From assembly GCA_964036045.1 (NCBI GenBank), contig OZ038378.1, positions 167,524,001-167,588,000 on the forward strand: DNA of 64,000 nucleotides. Reading direction: 5' to 3'. The notes beneath the pieces are model-generated. The model did not search any database. It was not told the DNA's origin and worked only from the letters and a program-made list of their open reading frames with translations. Shown here in pieces: positions 12,705-22,918 of the stretch (its first letter is position 1; every line of letters starts with the position of its first letter). The DNA comes from Eutreptiella sp. 'Long Island Sound 2002'. Taxonomy: Eukaryota; Protista; Euglenida. A program made the translations under genes and the position numbers.

Positions 12705-13399
12705 TGTGCTTGCATTTTCAATTTTTTGAGAAACTCGAAACTAGTGTCAAATTTTGGTTATTTGAAAGACATTTTTTTTGAGCCATCATATTTGGAACAA
12801 TTGCTCATTCGTTAAAAGAAATAAGAAATACTTGATTATTTTATAATGAACCTATTTTGAACCTTATCGGGAAGGGTTTTGAATAGCTTGGTTGAAGATT
12901 CCGGCTCGCAATACAGCAAGAAGGTATAAAATTAGGTTATTGCATCATTACCAATAGATTCTCAACCAAAACGCCCAGAAATGCGAAGTACGTAAAACTG
13001 CCACAAAAATAATAATGTGGGTTAAAGTTGGGCCTTTCCCTTCCCTGAGCAGAGCCAAAGGGTAAAGAATGAATATAGAAAGAGGTATTGGTGCTAACGG
13101 GTTGGGGTTCGTTCTGGTTTCGTGAAGTCAAGATAGATCTTGATGGTATTTTTAGAGATGATGCCCGTGACACTCCATTTTTCGCATTTTTTTTTGCCCT
13201 CGCCTAGCCCCGCTAGTGTTTACGTGCGCTCGGCAAATATTTTCTTGGTTTCTTGGATGAAAAGTAGGGTGAGGAAAGGTACCATGGGTCCTACCTACCT
13301 ACCTACCTACCTACACATTCACCAAAGCGCCGAGTCTTGTTGTGTGTCGCCGAAGGATTGAGGATGTCAAATTTTGTATGTGGAGAGTTGATTTTTAAA

Positions 13400-14350
13400 A
13401 AGCTGTTAAGTAAAGTTGCCGCGGACATTTTGGTTGTTTTACGCGTGCAATTTTTTTATCCCAGGGGACATTTCGCTGATGGTTGCGGACTTTTTCCGGC
13501 TATGGCGGATTTTTTAGTTATGTCCGCGGACTTTTTTGTTTTGTCCACAGACATACTCCTAACATCCATGGACATTAGGTCCGATCTCATACCTTTGACC
13601 TCGGCAGATAGTTTTTTGTTGTCTGCAAATTTTCCCAGCTGCTCGTAGACATTTTCGCGAGTATTTATACACATTTTTGTGAGGTTTTTAGACATGTCTT
13701 TGGTATCACTGAACATTTCCTGACCACCACTCCAGGCACACTTCCACTCCAAGCACACCACCACTCCAAGCACACCACCACACCAAGCACACCACCGCTC
13801 CGAGCACACCACCACTCGGAGCACACCCCCACTTCCTGCACACCACCACTCCAAGTTATGTTGACATTTTTGAGTTGTCCCCGGACATATTCAGCGTGTC
13901 CACCGACCATTCTGTCCGCAGACATTTTTGTGTTATCCGCAGATATTTTTTTGATGTCCTTGTACATTTTTTTCGCTGCTGTCTGCGGACATTTCCCGGC
14001 TGACCATGGATATATGCCCGGGTGTTCGCGGACATTTTTCAAATGTGTGGACACTGTTAAGACAATGGACACCGCGGAATAATTTTCGGATGTCTGCAGA
14101 CATTTTCTTGGTATTGGGGTGCACGGCATGTGTTCAGAGGTCCCGCTCTTTTTTGGAGACTTTCTTTCAAGTTGGGACCGTCACAACTATGAACATGGTG
14201 TGAAGTGAGAGCCAAACACTTGTGTGGCATGCCAAGCTAGGAGGCCTTGATAATGGACTAGCAGAGAAAAACAAACATTGTCTGTGTGTCTGAGGACATT
14301 TCTTAAATGTACGTGGACAGTTTTTGGGTATCCGCACACATTACTTGGTC
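13400..14350. repeat. Same 21-bp satellite in opposite orientation, interrupted by a 17-bp tandem repeat (about 13723-13855)
   Basis: T-rich spacers (atgtccgcggactttttt) instead of A-rich ones; inserted caccaccactccaagca units. Confidence 0.75.
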
Positions 14351-17300
14351 ACATTAGTTGGTGGTCTCTGGATCTTTTGATCCGGTCATCAGATGAGTGG
14401 TCCTGTGAACAAGATGTTTATCAATTTTTCACTGGACGCGTTAACTGGTTCCTCGGTGTTTTATGTGGCTAGAATGTCGCTACAGCAATGTATCGAGTGC
14501 ACCTACTTTGCCTGATCATTTGGTTGACGACCTCTTGAATATATATGAGATCTCCCGCTCTTTATCAATTCGCGCTGTGATTTTAACCTATGCTTTAATT
14601 CGCCATCCTGTGCCTTTTGTTTGTCATTTTTGTTCTTCAGTTGCACATATGCAATAAAGCGGTTAAACCAAGCCGAGACCCAAGAATACTGCTGCGCAGA
14701 GTCTCTGTGGGCTGCAAAACCGCTTCTACCTCTGAACTGCGGATTTACTATCATCTCCGTCATGTTCATGTTCTACATCTCTTTCTGTGCCACTGCATGG
14801 GTACCCTGGACATTTAGTGAATTGTTGTGGGATTTCAAATGGTTAGTTCAGAAACTGAGAATTTTTTGAAACATTGTGGATGGGGGAGGGCCGTATTATG
14901 CTACATATAGCATAATATGGCAGCCCCCCCCCCCCCCCCCATACAGCCCCACCGGTGGATACCTTGGTGGGACCTGGGGTACCATCCCCCTACCTTTTAC
15001 CAAAGACATTATCAACAAAATAGGTTTCGGAACCTTTTTGGGAATTCACAGGATTGCATAATGCCGTGGCTTACAGGTAACAACTTCATAGATAAACAGA
15101 ACGACATTACAAATGACTCCATTAGTGTGACAAACAAACAAAATAAGTGCGGGTAAAACCCCATTATGAAATAAATGGCATTGAAAGACACTAAGCCAGC
15201 CAGCAAGCAATAAATAATCTGAATCCAGACTGGATAACAGCCGGTGAAGGTCCCATGATGGGCAGTGAACAACAACTTACATTTCAGCATCCCACAGCTC
15301 GAAAAATATGAGTGATGTTGTGTGCATGTCTGTGAGTGGGCACATTTGGGTGTAGGCTGGGGCCTGGGGGCGGGGGGTCAGGGGGCTCTGCTTGCACAAG
15401 CATGTTTGGTCCTAGCACTGCCCAAGAGCTTTTGCGAGCATTCAAAGGACTGGACAAGAAACCCTCGGGCCTGGATGCAACGTGTGATGTACATGGATCC
15501 ATCACCACTGGAGGTTTCATGAGCACTCTCGTGAACCTGCAGAACAACACGGTGCCGGAGCTTTCTGGTCCGGCAGGCATCAATTAAACTCAATGAATTG
15601 TGCAACAACACATTGCAGGTGAGGAGAACCCTCTGCAGCCCTCGGGGGGGGGGGGGGGTGCGGTCGTGGAGGGTCCAAACCAATTGCGAAAACTTGCGGA
15701 TAAATTGCAGGAAAATTGCAGAAAAATTGCAATGGCGTATGCAAACCCTCCTTCACCCTCTGCAACCTCTTGAACCTCACCTGAACCTGAAACGGGGTGT
15801 TGGTCCAAGGAGTGTGGCATATCAGGTAAATTTCGTGGCTTCAAAATGCGCAATTGCCGGTAACACTCAATCTGCTCGGGCTCCTTTTTCGACCTCTCCC
15901 TGTAAGCAGCTCAAAAAGAAAGGCCAAAGAGGGGACACGATCCTCACTGAATGGGCATACGTAGTGCCATGGGCAAAACCTCTGCATGCGGGGGCAGGAA
16001 TCGTCGGAGCCCCATGCGAGTGCAGTGTGCATCCAGCCTGGCAGATGGAAAGGAAGGAACCCAAGCTGAGACACACACCATGGCGGAATGCAAAGTGAAG
16101 AAAACAATGAAGTATCAAAGCTTAGCGCAGCACTGTGTGCCCATGCGCAGGGGTGATTCAATGGGGCCATTCTAAGGAATCCAACTGGAGATCCTTTGAG
16201 TCAGTGATGCACCGTTGAAGCACTCGAGTACTGGCCATCTTCGAAGAAGTGCTGCTCAGAGATGCAATCAATATTTTGGTCTGATATTTTCCCTCAAAAA
16301 AAGTCCCAACCCAATTTTCACTGTGCTGCGGCATGCTGCAGCATGCTTCAAAAACCCCACCAACAGGCCCGCAGAAAAGGTGCTGCAGCATGCTGCGGTA
16401 TGCGCAACCGTTGGTGCTTGGTTGCCGGCAATTGTTTCAATAACGGGGTACGCAATGCAAACATGAACGCAAAATGGACGCAACCCCGAAACTAAGACAG
16501 AAACAAATGGACGCTCCCCCAAATAAAAATGGACGCACACGGACGGGATTGAAACGGACGCTAGCATCAGGTATGCAAACAATTCCAAATCCACGTTCTT
16601 GACGGCAGGCATGTGCAGCCTGCAACCCCCCCCCCCAAATCGGCGAAGAAATCCGAACAAATCGGCGAAACAAATGGGCGGAACAATTTTTCAGCAAAAC
16701 AGGTTCCCAGTGCCCTGGATCTCAGTCCCAGGCCCCAAACACACCTTCCTTCCGGTTGCTCTGTACTTGGTGTCATGTGGAAACCCAAAACATCTCTCAA
16801 TTTTCAAAAAAAATTTTCATCTCTCGATCTGTACATGGTCCCTGAGGACATGTATGTCAGTGTCAGCCGTCCAGTGGTATATGCTCTGGTCTAAAAATTA
16901 ATTGGCGGTGGCTCAGAAGCCAGAAGCCCCAACAAGTCGGCAGAACGAAACGGCCAAATCACAGAAACACCACAAATCGGTTCAATTGAAGGACCCATTT
17001 TTTTTGAAAGCGTCAGCATGTCGGGGTTGAGCACCAAAGCACAGGCTGCGCACATACATTATGCTGCAGGCTGGATGTGCACTGAACCATACAGACACAC
17101 AATAAGGTTTCGCTGAGAAGCTGGGAAGATGAAGATGGGGGGGCCAAAGATCGTTGAATTTGCTGGTCAATCTTCCATTACCTTTCAGATGCTTTCTACT
17201 GTTGACACAGTGATGCATGCCCGGGTGTGTGCATGCATCATTTATGTGTGTGTATCTACATAAGTATCCGTGTACATCTACACAGTTGACACTCAGCAGA

Positions 17301-17969
17301 AATGGCAATGGCCACTCGTAGCACAGAACTTGTATAATGAATAAGCAGAGGCTGTGCATGTGAGGAGTGCAGAGCATATGTATACATTGGTGGGGCAACC
17401 CTGCAGCGTAAAGCTGGTTTCTCTGTGTCCAGCTCCCCACTGGAGAGCATAGAGCCAAAAGATGTGCATGCCTGTGCGATGCACTCCTGGATGCTGGCGC
17501 CTTGGGAGTGTGACGCTAATGCTTGTGTCTCTGGCTCACCCCTGAGAGCATTTGGAAAGACCTAGTGTGCGCTGTCTTAAAACCTAGTAAAAGGTAGTAA
17601 AACTTGGTAAAAAAAGTGTTAACACAATTTTCAAAAGTTTTTTATTGGGTTTATAGGTTTTACTGCAGCACGAAAAACAACAACTTTTTTCCCAAATGCA
17701 AGTCATAGTTCAGTGCAATATGTACACTTCCCGGTTCTGTATGGCACCCCATAGCGCAAGGTACTGTGTGTGGCCACCAATTGTTTTAGGACTCGTCCAA
17801 AGTAAAACACACCAGAAACCAAAAAAGGACACAATGGACCTTTGCAGGGGCACAAACCCAATATCGGTGTGGTGTCGTTCAACACCTTCATTCAAAAAAG
17901 CATTCAAAAAAAAATGAGGACACTATGGATCCTTGCGGGGGTAGGAACTCAACATCAGTGCAAGGTCAT

Positions 17970-18790
17970 GTCAGTTATATCTATAGTGGCAGAAAATACG
18001 CTGAAAGATGAGGTCCTTTTTTCTATCCCTCCTCACGGATTGCGCAGCCTATTGGTGAGCCTGGCATAGCTGCCGGAGCTCATCCACCCCCCAGCCCTCC
18101 AACTCTGCAATCATGAGCATGTGTTAAGGAGAAAAATGGTTTTCACTGCACAAACAAAGCTTGCCGGAAGAAGATGAATGCAGACAGGCTTCACATTCCT
18201 ATCTGATTGTGTGCTCGGTGGGTGTGCAGCAGACCCTGTGGCTCTGATCTGCAACCAAAGCTGTCCTGCAGTAGTCAATCTGATGGGACCCTTTGGCAGG
18301 CCCTGTGGCAGCAGTAGAAGACTCTGCAACAGACGCTGAAGGCTCAACAACCCCAGATCCCACTGACTCTGTGGTCAAAGACGTGGCTGCACCAGACACA
18401 ACTAAAGGACCGAAAGGCACCTGCAGCCCAGAATCCACTGATTGGGGGGCTGACGATGAGATGGTGGAAGAATGGCGGCTGAAGAAAGCACTGGGGCGTG
18501 CAGAGCGAACACACAAGTCAAAAACTGCCCCCTGACCAGCATCAGGGTACTTGCCCCGCAGAAAAATTTGATCATCGGGGGACAATGAATCCCAACCGAA
18601 GATCAGCTGAACCAATGTTCGATTTGCTCGGGTGCCCCGGGTGCCCCAGGTGCCACACGAGCACACTAATATACCGCCCCGTGACCTTCCCTGCCCACGG
18701 GTTCACAGCTTTGCTGCCCGGCACCTTGGGACCTTGCCTCCTCATTAGGCGGCCTGCACGTCATCTTAGCCTTGGGTTGCATAGCAACTC
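17970..18790 (-). pseudogene. Degenerate ORF with PARP-type zinc-finger-like segment and SAP-like domain
   Basis: VLVWHLG followed by frameshifted QLIFGWDSLSPDDQIFLRGKY (zf-PARP tail pattern GWxxLxxxDQ); S/T-rich linker; ELEGWGVDELRQLCQAHQ*...KKDLIFQRI (SAP/HeH pattern) with an internal stop. Confidence 0.4.
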
Positions 18791-18849
18791 TTGCAGGAGC
18801 GGGGGAGGAAGGACACCAGCAGGGGTCAGCGGGGTCAGCTCACGCACAC

Positions 18850-18852
<3 letters not shown>

Positions 18853-18890
<38 letters not shown>
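18853..18890 (+). repeat. (TG)n microsatellite
   Basis: Direct reading. Confidence 0.95.
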
Positions 18891-18892
<2 letters not shown>

Positions 18893-19048
18893 CTGTACTA
18901 TTTGTGAGGTTGATGGCTTTTAATGTCCTGGCCGCTCTTGCGACGGGAGGGTTAGGGGTTAGCGGGTTAGAGCCTGCCTGAAGCCTGCCCTATCCCACCC
19001 CCGGCCCCCCGGTATGTCGCGGCGCGGCGGAAGGACGCCGTCCTGAGG

Positions 19049-20422
19049 CTATGTGCCCTCCTCGGAGGCCCTCCTGTGGCCCTGACCTGGGCCCTGTGTG
19101 CCGCCCCGGGGCGACGCCGCCGTCCGCTGCCCTGCTGAGCCTCCCCCCTCCCCCCTGATCATGGGGGCTGGCACGACCGCCGACCCTCCGGAGGGCAAGA
19201 CGCCCGCTTGTTGCTGCAGCTGCAGCCCCCCCCTCTGGACCGGCAGACACCGTTGTCCCCCCCCCAACACCCTGGGATGCCCTTCGTGGTGGCGGCTGCA
19301 GCAATGCCGCACCCCCCTGTGCCCTTTGCATGACTTGCACGCTGGGGCCCTGTGCTCATCGCACAAGGTCTGCATGGGGCGCCGCGGCTGCCCCACCCTT
19401 TTGCCCCCCGCCCGCTGCGCCCTCTTCTGTGGGGGGGAGGGGGGAAGGGACTCTGCCCGCTGTCCTGTGACTGCCCCTGGGGGGGGTTCCTGCTCCGCCC
19501 GTGTAGCGGATGTCGCCGCCGCCGCCCCCCCGGAGCCGTCCCCTGGGGGATGGCAGTCAATCGACATCTCCTGTCCCCCCCCTGAGGGGTCCCCCACCGC
19601 CGCCTCCGCTCCCGGCGCGCCGCCCCCCGAAAGACTAGGGTGGGGTTCGACCGAAGCCCCCTGATCCTGCACCCCCCCTCGGGGGGGGTTCGCGGCCCCC
19701 GGGGGGGGGTCGGCGCCCTCCCCTTTGGCGGATGACCCCGCCCGTGCCGCCGTCAGCCGGCGTGAGATGTCCCCGAAAATGTCCGCCAGCCCCCGGGAGG
19801 GGAGGGAGGGGGGGTGGGGACGCGGCTGAACCCCCCCCACCCGTGCGTGTCCGCCCGGGCGTCCGGCTGGCGCGCGTGGCGCTTGGACTCCGCGTGCCCC
19901 CCCGTGCCCGGTGGCTCCCGCTGGGAGGGGCGGGGAGAGCGGGAAGGGCCTCCTGAGCTCTCCCTGCTGGTTTAACATACCGGAGCCGCTTAAGCTGTGT
20001 GCCCCCCCCCTGGAGACGCTTGGGGGGGGGGGCGGGAACTCCTCCTGGCGTCGCGCGTGCTCGTGCTCCGGGCGTGCTCGTCGCGTCTCGCGCTCTGGCG
20101 AGGATGATTGCGGGCGGGGTCGTTTGCGCGCGCTGGGCGAGCCCCGTGCGGCCTGGGACGCCGCCACGGGGCCGGCCCCGGCCGGCCGCGCGGGCTGCAG
20201 CCACGCCCGCAGTGCTCGCGCCGCCACGCGTGCTTGTGCCGCGTCCATGCGGTGCCCTTCGTGCGCCCGCTGGCAGCAGTGCTCGGCGCCCCGCTGCACG
20301 CAGGCGGCACAGGGCGGGGCCCGGTGTCGCGCACACAAGGCCACCTGCGGCGGCGGTGCTACGCGGTCCGCGTCCCCGCCTCCGGCCCCGCGCCGGTCGC
20401 GCTGCACCCGCCGGCGCGGCAA
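19049..20422 (-). CDS. 457-codon GC-rich ORF with two copies of an unrecognised Cys/His motif (start codon uncertain)
   Basis: LCARHRAPPCAACVQ-RGAEHCCQRAHEGH (about 20338-20252) and LCDEHRAPACKSCKGHRGVRHCCSRHHEGH (about 19370-19281); the copies differ at many synonymous positions. Confidence 0.55.
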   Translation of the reverse strand: MPRRRVQRDRRGAGGGDADRVAPPPQVALCARHRAPPCAACVQRGAEHCCQRAHEGHRMDAAQARVAARALRAWLQPARPAGAGPVAASQAARGSPSARKRPRPQSSSPERETRRARPEHEHARRQEEFPPPPPSVSRGGAHSLSGSGMLNQQGELRRPFPLSPPLPAGATGHGGARGVQAPRAPAGRPGGHARVGGVQPRPHPPSLPSRGLADIFGDISRRLTAARAGSSAKGEGADPPPGAANPPRGGVQDQGASVEPHPSLSGGGAPGAEAAVGDPSGGGQEMSIDCHPPGDGSGGAAAATSATRAEQEPPPGAVTGQRAESLPPSPPQKRAQRAGGKRVGQPRRPMQTLCDEHRAPACKSCKGHRGVRHCCSRHHEGHPRVLGGGQRCLPVQRGGLQLQQQAGVLPSGGSAVVPAPMIRGEGGGSAGQRTAASPRGGTQGPGQGHRRASEEGT

Positions 20423-20595
20423 GCGTTGTACTATTTGTGAGGTAGACCCTTGTGCAGCATGGAGGCAGCCGCCCCATTTGGCTCAGAGTGCTGATGCCTC
20501 TTTGCGGCGGCGGTTCTGCCCCTTCTGCGGAATCAGAACCTCTGATGTGTGCTGGTTATGTAACCGCTGACTTTGATCTTCCGTGCCGCGGCATC

Positions 20596-20597
<2 letters not shown>

Positions 20598-20650
<53 letters not shown>
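20598..20650 (+). repeat. (TG)n microsatellite
   Basis: Direct reading. Confidence 0.95.
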
Positions 20651-20651
<1 letters not shown>

Positions 20652-20960
20652 GCATTGGGGGGAAAAAATATTAAAGAGGGAGGCCCGCATGGGTCCAGGG
20701 CCCCCAGCGGCCACCTGAGGCGCCAGCTTGGAAGACAAGTGCAGTCCTGACGGCCTGAGACCCTGGGGGAATGTTTGCCCGGCGCGCGCCCGGCGCGCTA
20801 CTTTTGTATTAACTATCCCGACTTCAGCCCCAGATTTACCCTCCCATGGAGAAGCCCCCCAAGTAGACCACATTGCACTGCACACCTTCCCTACAAAGCA
20901 CGTTGCAAAATAAAGCAATATCTGTGACTTCAACCACTCCAAATGTCATTTGTGTTGCAC

Positions 20961-21434
20961 TTAACAAACAACATTGGTCCCACAAGTGTGGGTGTCAATA
21001 CATTCATTACAATAATGCTCCTTACACTCATCACAAACTGCGACGGCGGAGCGCCTTTGGCAACACAAAACACACACTTCCGCCTCATCCTCTGCCTCAT
21101 CTTGCGTGGCGGCCGAGTTGCTTTCGTCAGTCCAAACCTGAGGCGGGACATGCTCCCATGGTCCGTAGGGGGGGCCACGGAGAGGGCTGCCACCAGTCGC
21201 ATCACCGGGGACGTCGGCGGCTGGTGGACTTGAGGGGGTTGGTGGGGGTGAGTCCCAACTCGGGATACCGAAGGAGAGGGCGTCGATGGGGCAATGATGG
21301 TTGATGACGCGCACCCCATCTTGCAGGTACTCCAACTCCACGTACCCTTCGTCCGTATGGCCAGCTACCTTCGCAGGTACGCGAAGCCCAGTCGACCGAG
21401 TGTAAAAGACGTTGTCCCCAATCTTCAAGTCCAT
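20961..21434 (-). CDS. Intronless ORF (157 aa): SH3/Tudor-like barrel, Pro-rich linker, B-box-type zinc finger
   Basis: N-terminus LKIGDNVFYTRSTGLRVPAKVAGHTDEGYVELEY; C-terminus CVLCCQRRSAVAVCDECKEHYCNECIDTHTC with B-box-like Cys/His spacing; no stops. Confidence 0.65.
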   Translation of the reverse strand: MDLKIGDNVFYTRSTGLRVPAKVAGHTDEGYVELEYLQDGVRVINHHCPIDALSFGIPSWDSPPPTPSSPPAADVPGDATGGSPLRGPPYGPWEHVPPQVWTDESNSAATQDEAEDEAEVCVLCCQRRSAVAVCDECKEHYCNECIDTHTCGTNVVC

Positions 21435-22375
21435 ATCGAAAAGCAAAAGAGGTCTGAGGACGCGAACAGCAAAAATTGATCTCCCGCAGCAGACACGCTG
21501 AATGTATCACCATTCTCGGGGGTCCCCAACAAAGGGAACAACATCGGAAGTCAAAACCTACGCCGGGGGTCACCATGATGCACCACGCAACGAAGCGTGG
21601 ATTCAAAGATTGTCCTAAGTGCGCCCCCTTAGCGCACCCCCTAAAAGGTCACCGGTGGGGCACGGGTCCAAAAAGATGCCCGGCGCGCTAACGTTCCCCC
21701 CCTTTCTCTGGTGCCTGCTCAGGTCGCGACAGGGAGCCTCGCCTGAGCCAGAACCTCACTTGTGTCTGTTGCATTGTCTGGGAGGACATTATCCAAATTG
21801 CTCGGGCGCGAGCGCAGAGGGTTTTTCTGCCACTTGTCTTGCTTTTTTTCCCCCCCGGGGGGGGGGGGGTTCAGGCCACGGCCACGGCTCACCAGATGGC
21901 ACTCCAGAACTCTCTCGGAATCGAGGATCAGGGCCGATGCTACGACTGTCCCACAAGGCGATGTTTGTCTGCTAAGCTTCTTGCTTTGCACGACATGCCT
22001 GTGCCAGGGGCGTCGGGACTCGATGGGGGGGGGGGGGGGCGGATTACACACCGCCACACCGCGCGACGGAAAGAGAGAAAACAAGTTAAGCCGATGTACC
22101 AGCACAGAGCAGCTTTTCGTAGGCACGCAAAGCGCCAATGACTGCAAGACATTTAGCGTAGGAAGACTCCTCTGGAAGACTGGCGGCGTTTCCCAGGGCC
22201 ATGCGGCGCGAGCCTCTGGAACCAGACTTCACTCGGAGGCACATGAGTGACATCGGTTTAGTTTGTGTTGTTGTCCGGTGGTGCCTGAGAAGTAGCCCAA
22301 TGTCTTCCCCAATGTCTTCCGGGGAGGTTCCCAAAGTGGCGTCACGTTGTACAAGGGGGTGTGGACTGCAGACAC

Positions 22376-22918
22376 CTGGTCCTTCAATCGGATGGCCTCC
22401 CCTTCCTGCCGGATCTTGTACTTCGGGAGGATCCGGAAGCAGCGGTCCGCGACGTTCGTGTGTTCCTTCTTCACGAACTCCACCATGCAGCAGTTGGGGG
22501 CGACCTCCGAGGGCAGGTTGGGGCACACGTGGAGGTGGGAGCTGGTGGGCACGTGCTGCAGCAGCACCAGGTCCCCGTAGCGCACGTACTGGGCGGCCTC
22601 CTTCCCGGACCGTGGGGAGAACTGCGCCAGGCTGGGCTGCCGCTGCATGGCATGCTGCGGGTACCGGATGCTGTCGAGCTTGGAGGACAGCTGGGAGGTC
22701 CCGGTGCTCCAGATGTTCACGGGGAGCATGGACCACACGCACCGCTCGAAGCTGTGTGGGAACTCCCCGTCCACAGCGGCCTCCATCTCGACGTTGCTGG
22801 AGGAGGTGCCGGTGTTGCGGGAGCAGAGGTAGCCATTGGTCCCGACCCCCAAAATGGTGATCCTGCAATTGAATTGCAGGTACCCATCGGTGTCTCCATC
22901 ACCTGCTCCGTAATCCAT
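22376..22918 (-). CDS. ITPR: Inositol 1,4,5-trisphosphate receptor-like channel, first coding exon (N-terminal suppressor domain)
   Basis: Colinear with the IP3R N-terminus as I recall it: YLQFNCRITILGVGTNGYLCS vs [35 protein letters not shown] vs PPKKFRDCLFKLCP; VRYGDLVLLQHVPTSSHL vs IQYGNVIQLLHLKSNKYL; FRILPKYKIRQEGEAIRLKDQ vs [21 protein letters not shown]. 543 nt, donor CAG|gtgtct. Confidence 0.85.

Noticed and set aside
20250-20345. cag|GTGGCC (VALCARH) as IP3R exon 2
   Set aside because: The phase would fit, but the downstream sequence has no IP3R/MIR similarity and belongs to the duplicated Cys/His ORF.
20440-20570. Plus-strand CTICEVD...RRRFCPFCGIRTSDVCWLC as a piggyBac-type cysteine-rich domain
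   Set aside because: Short and truncated by a stop, with no upstream transposase; too weak to call.
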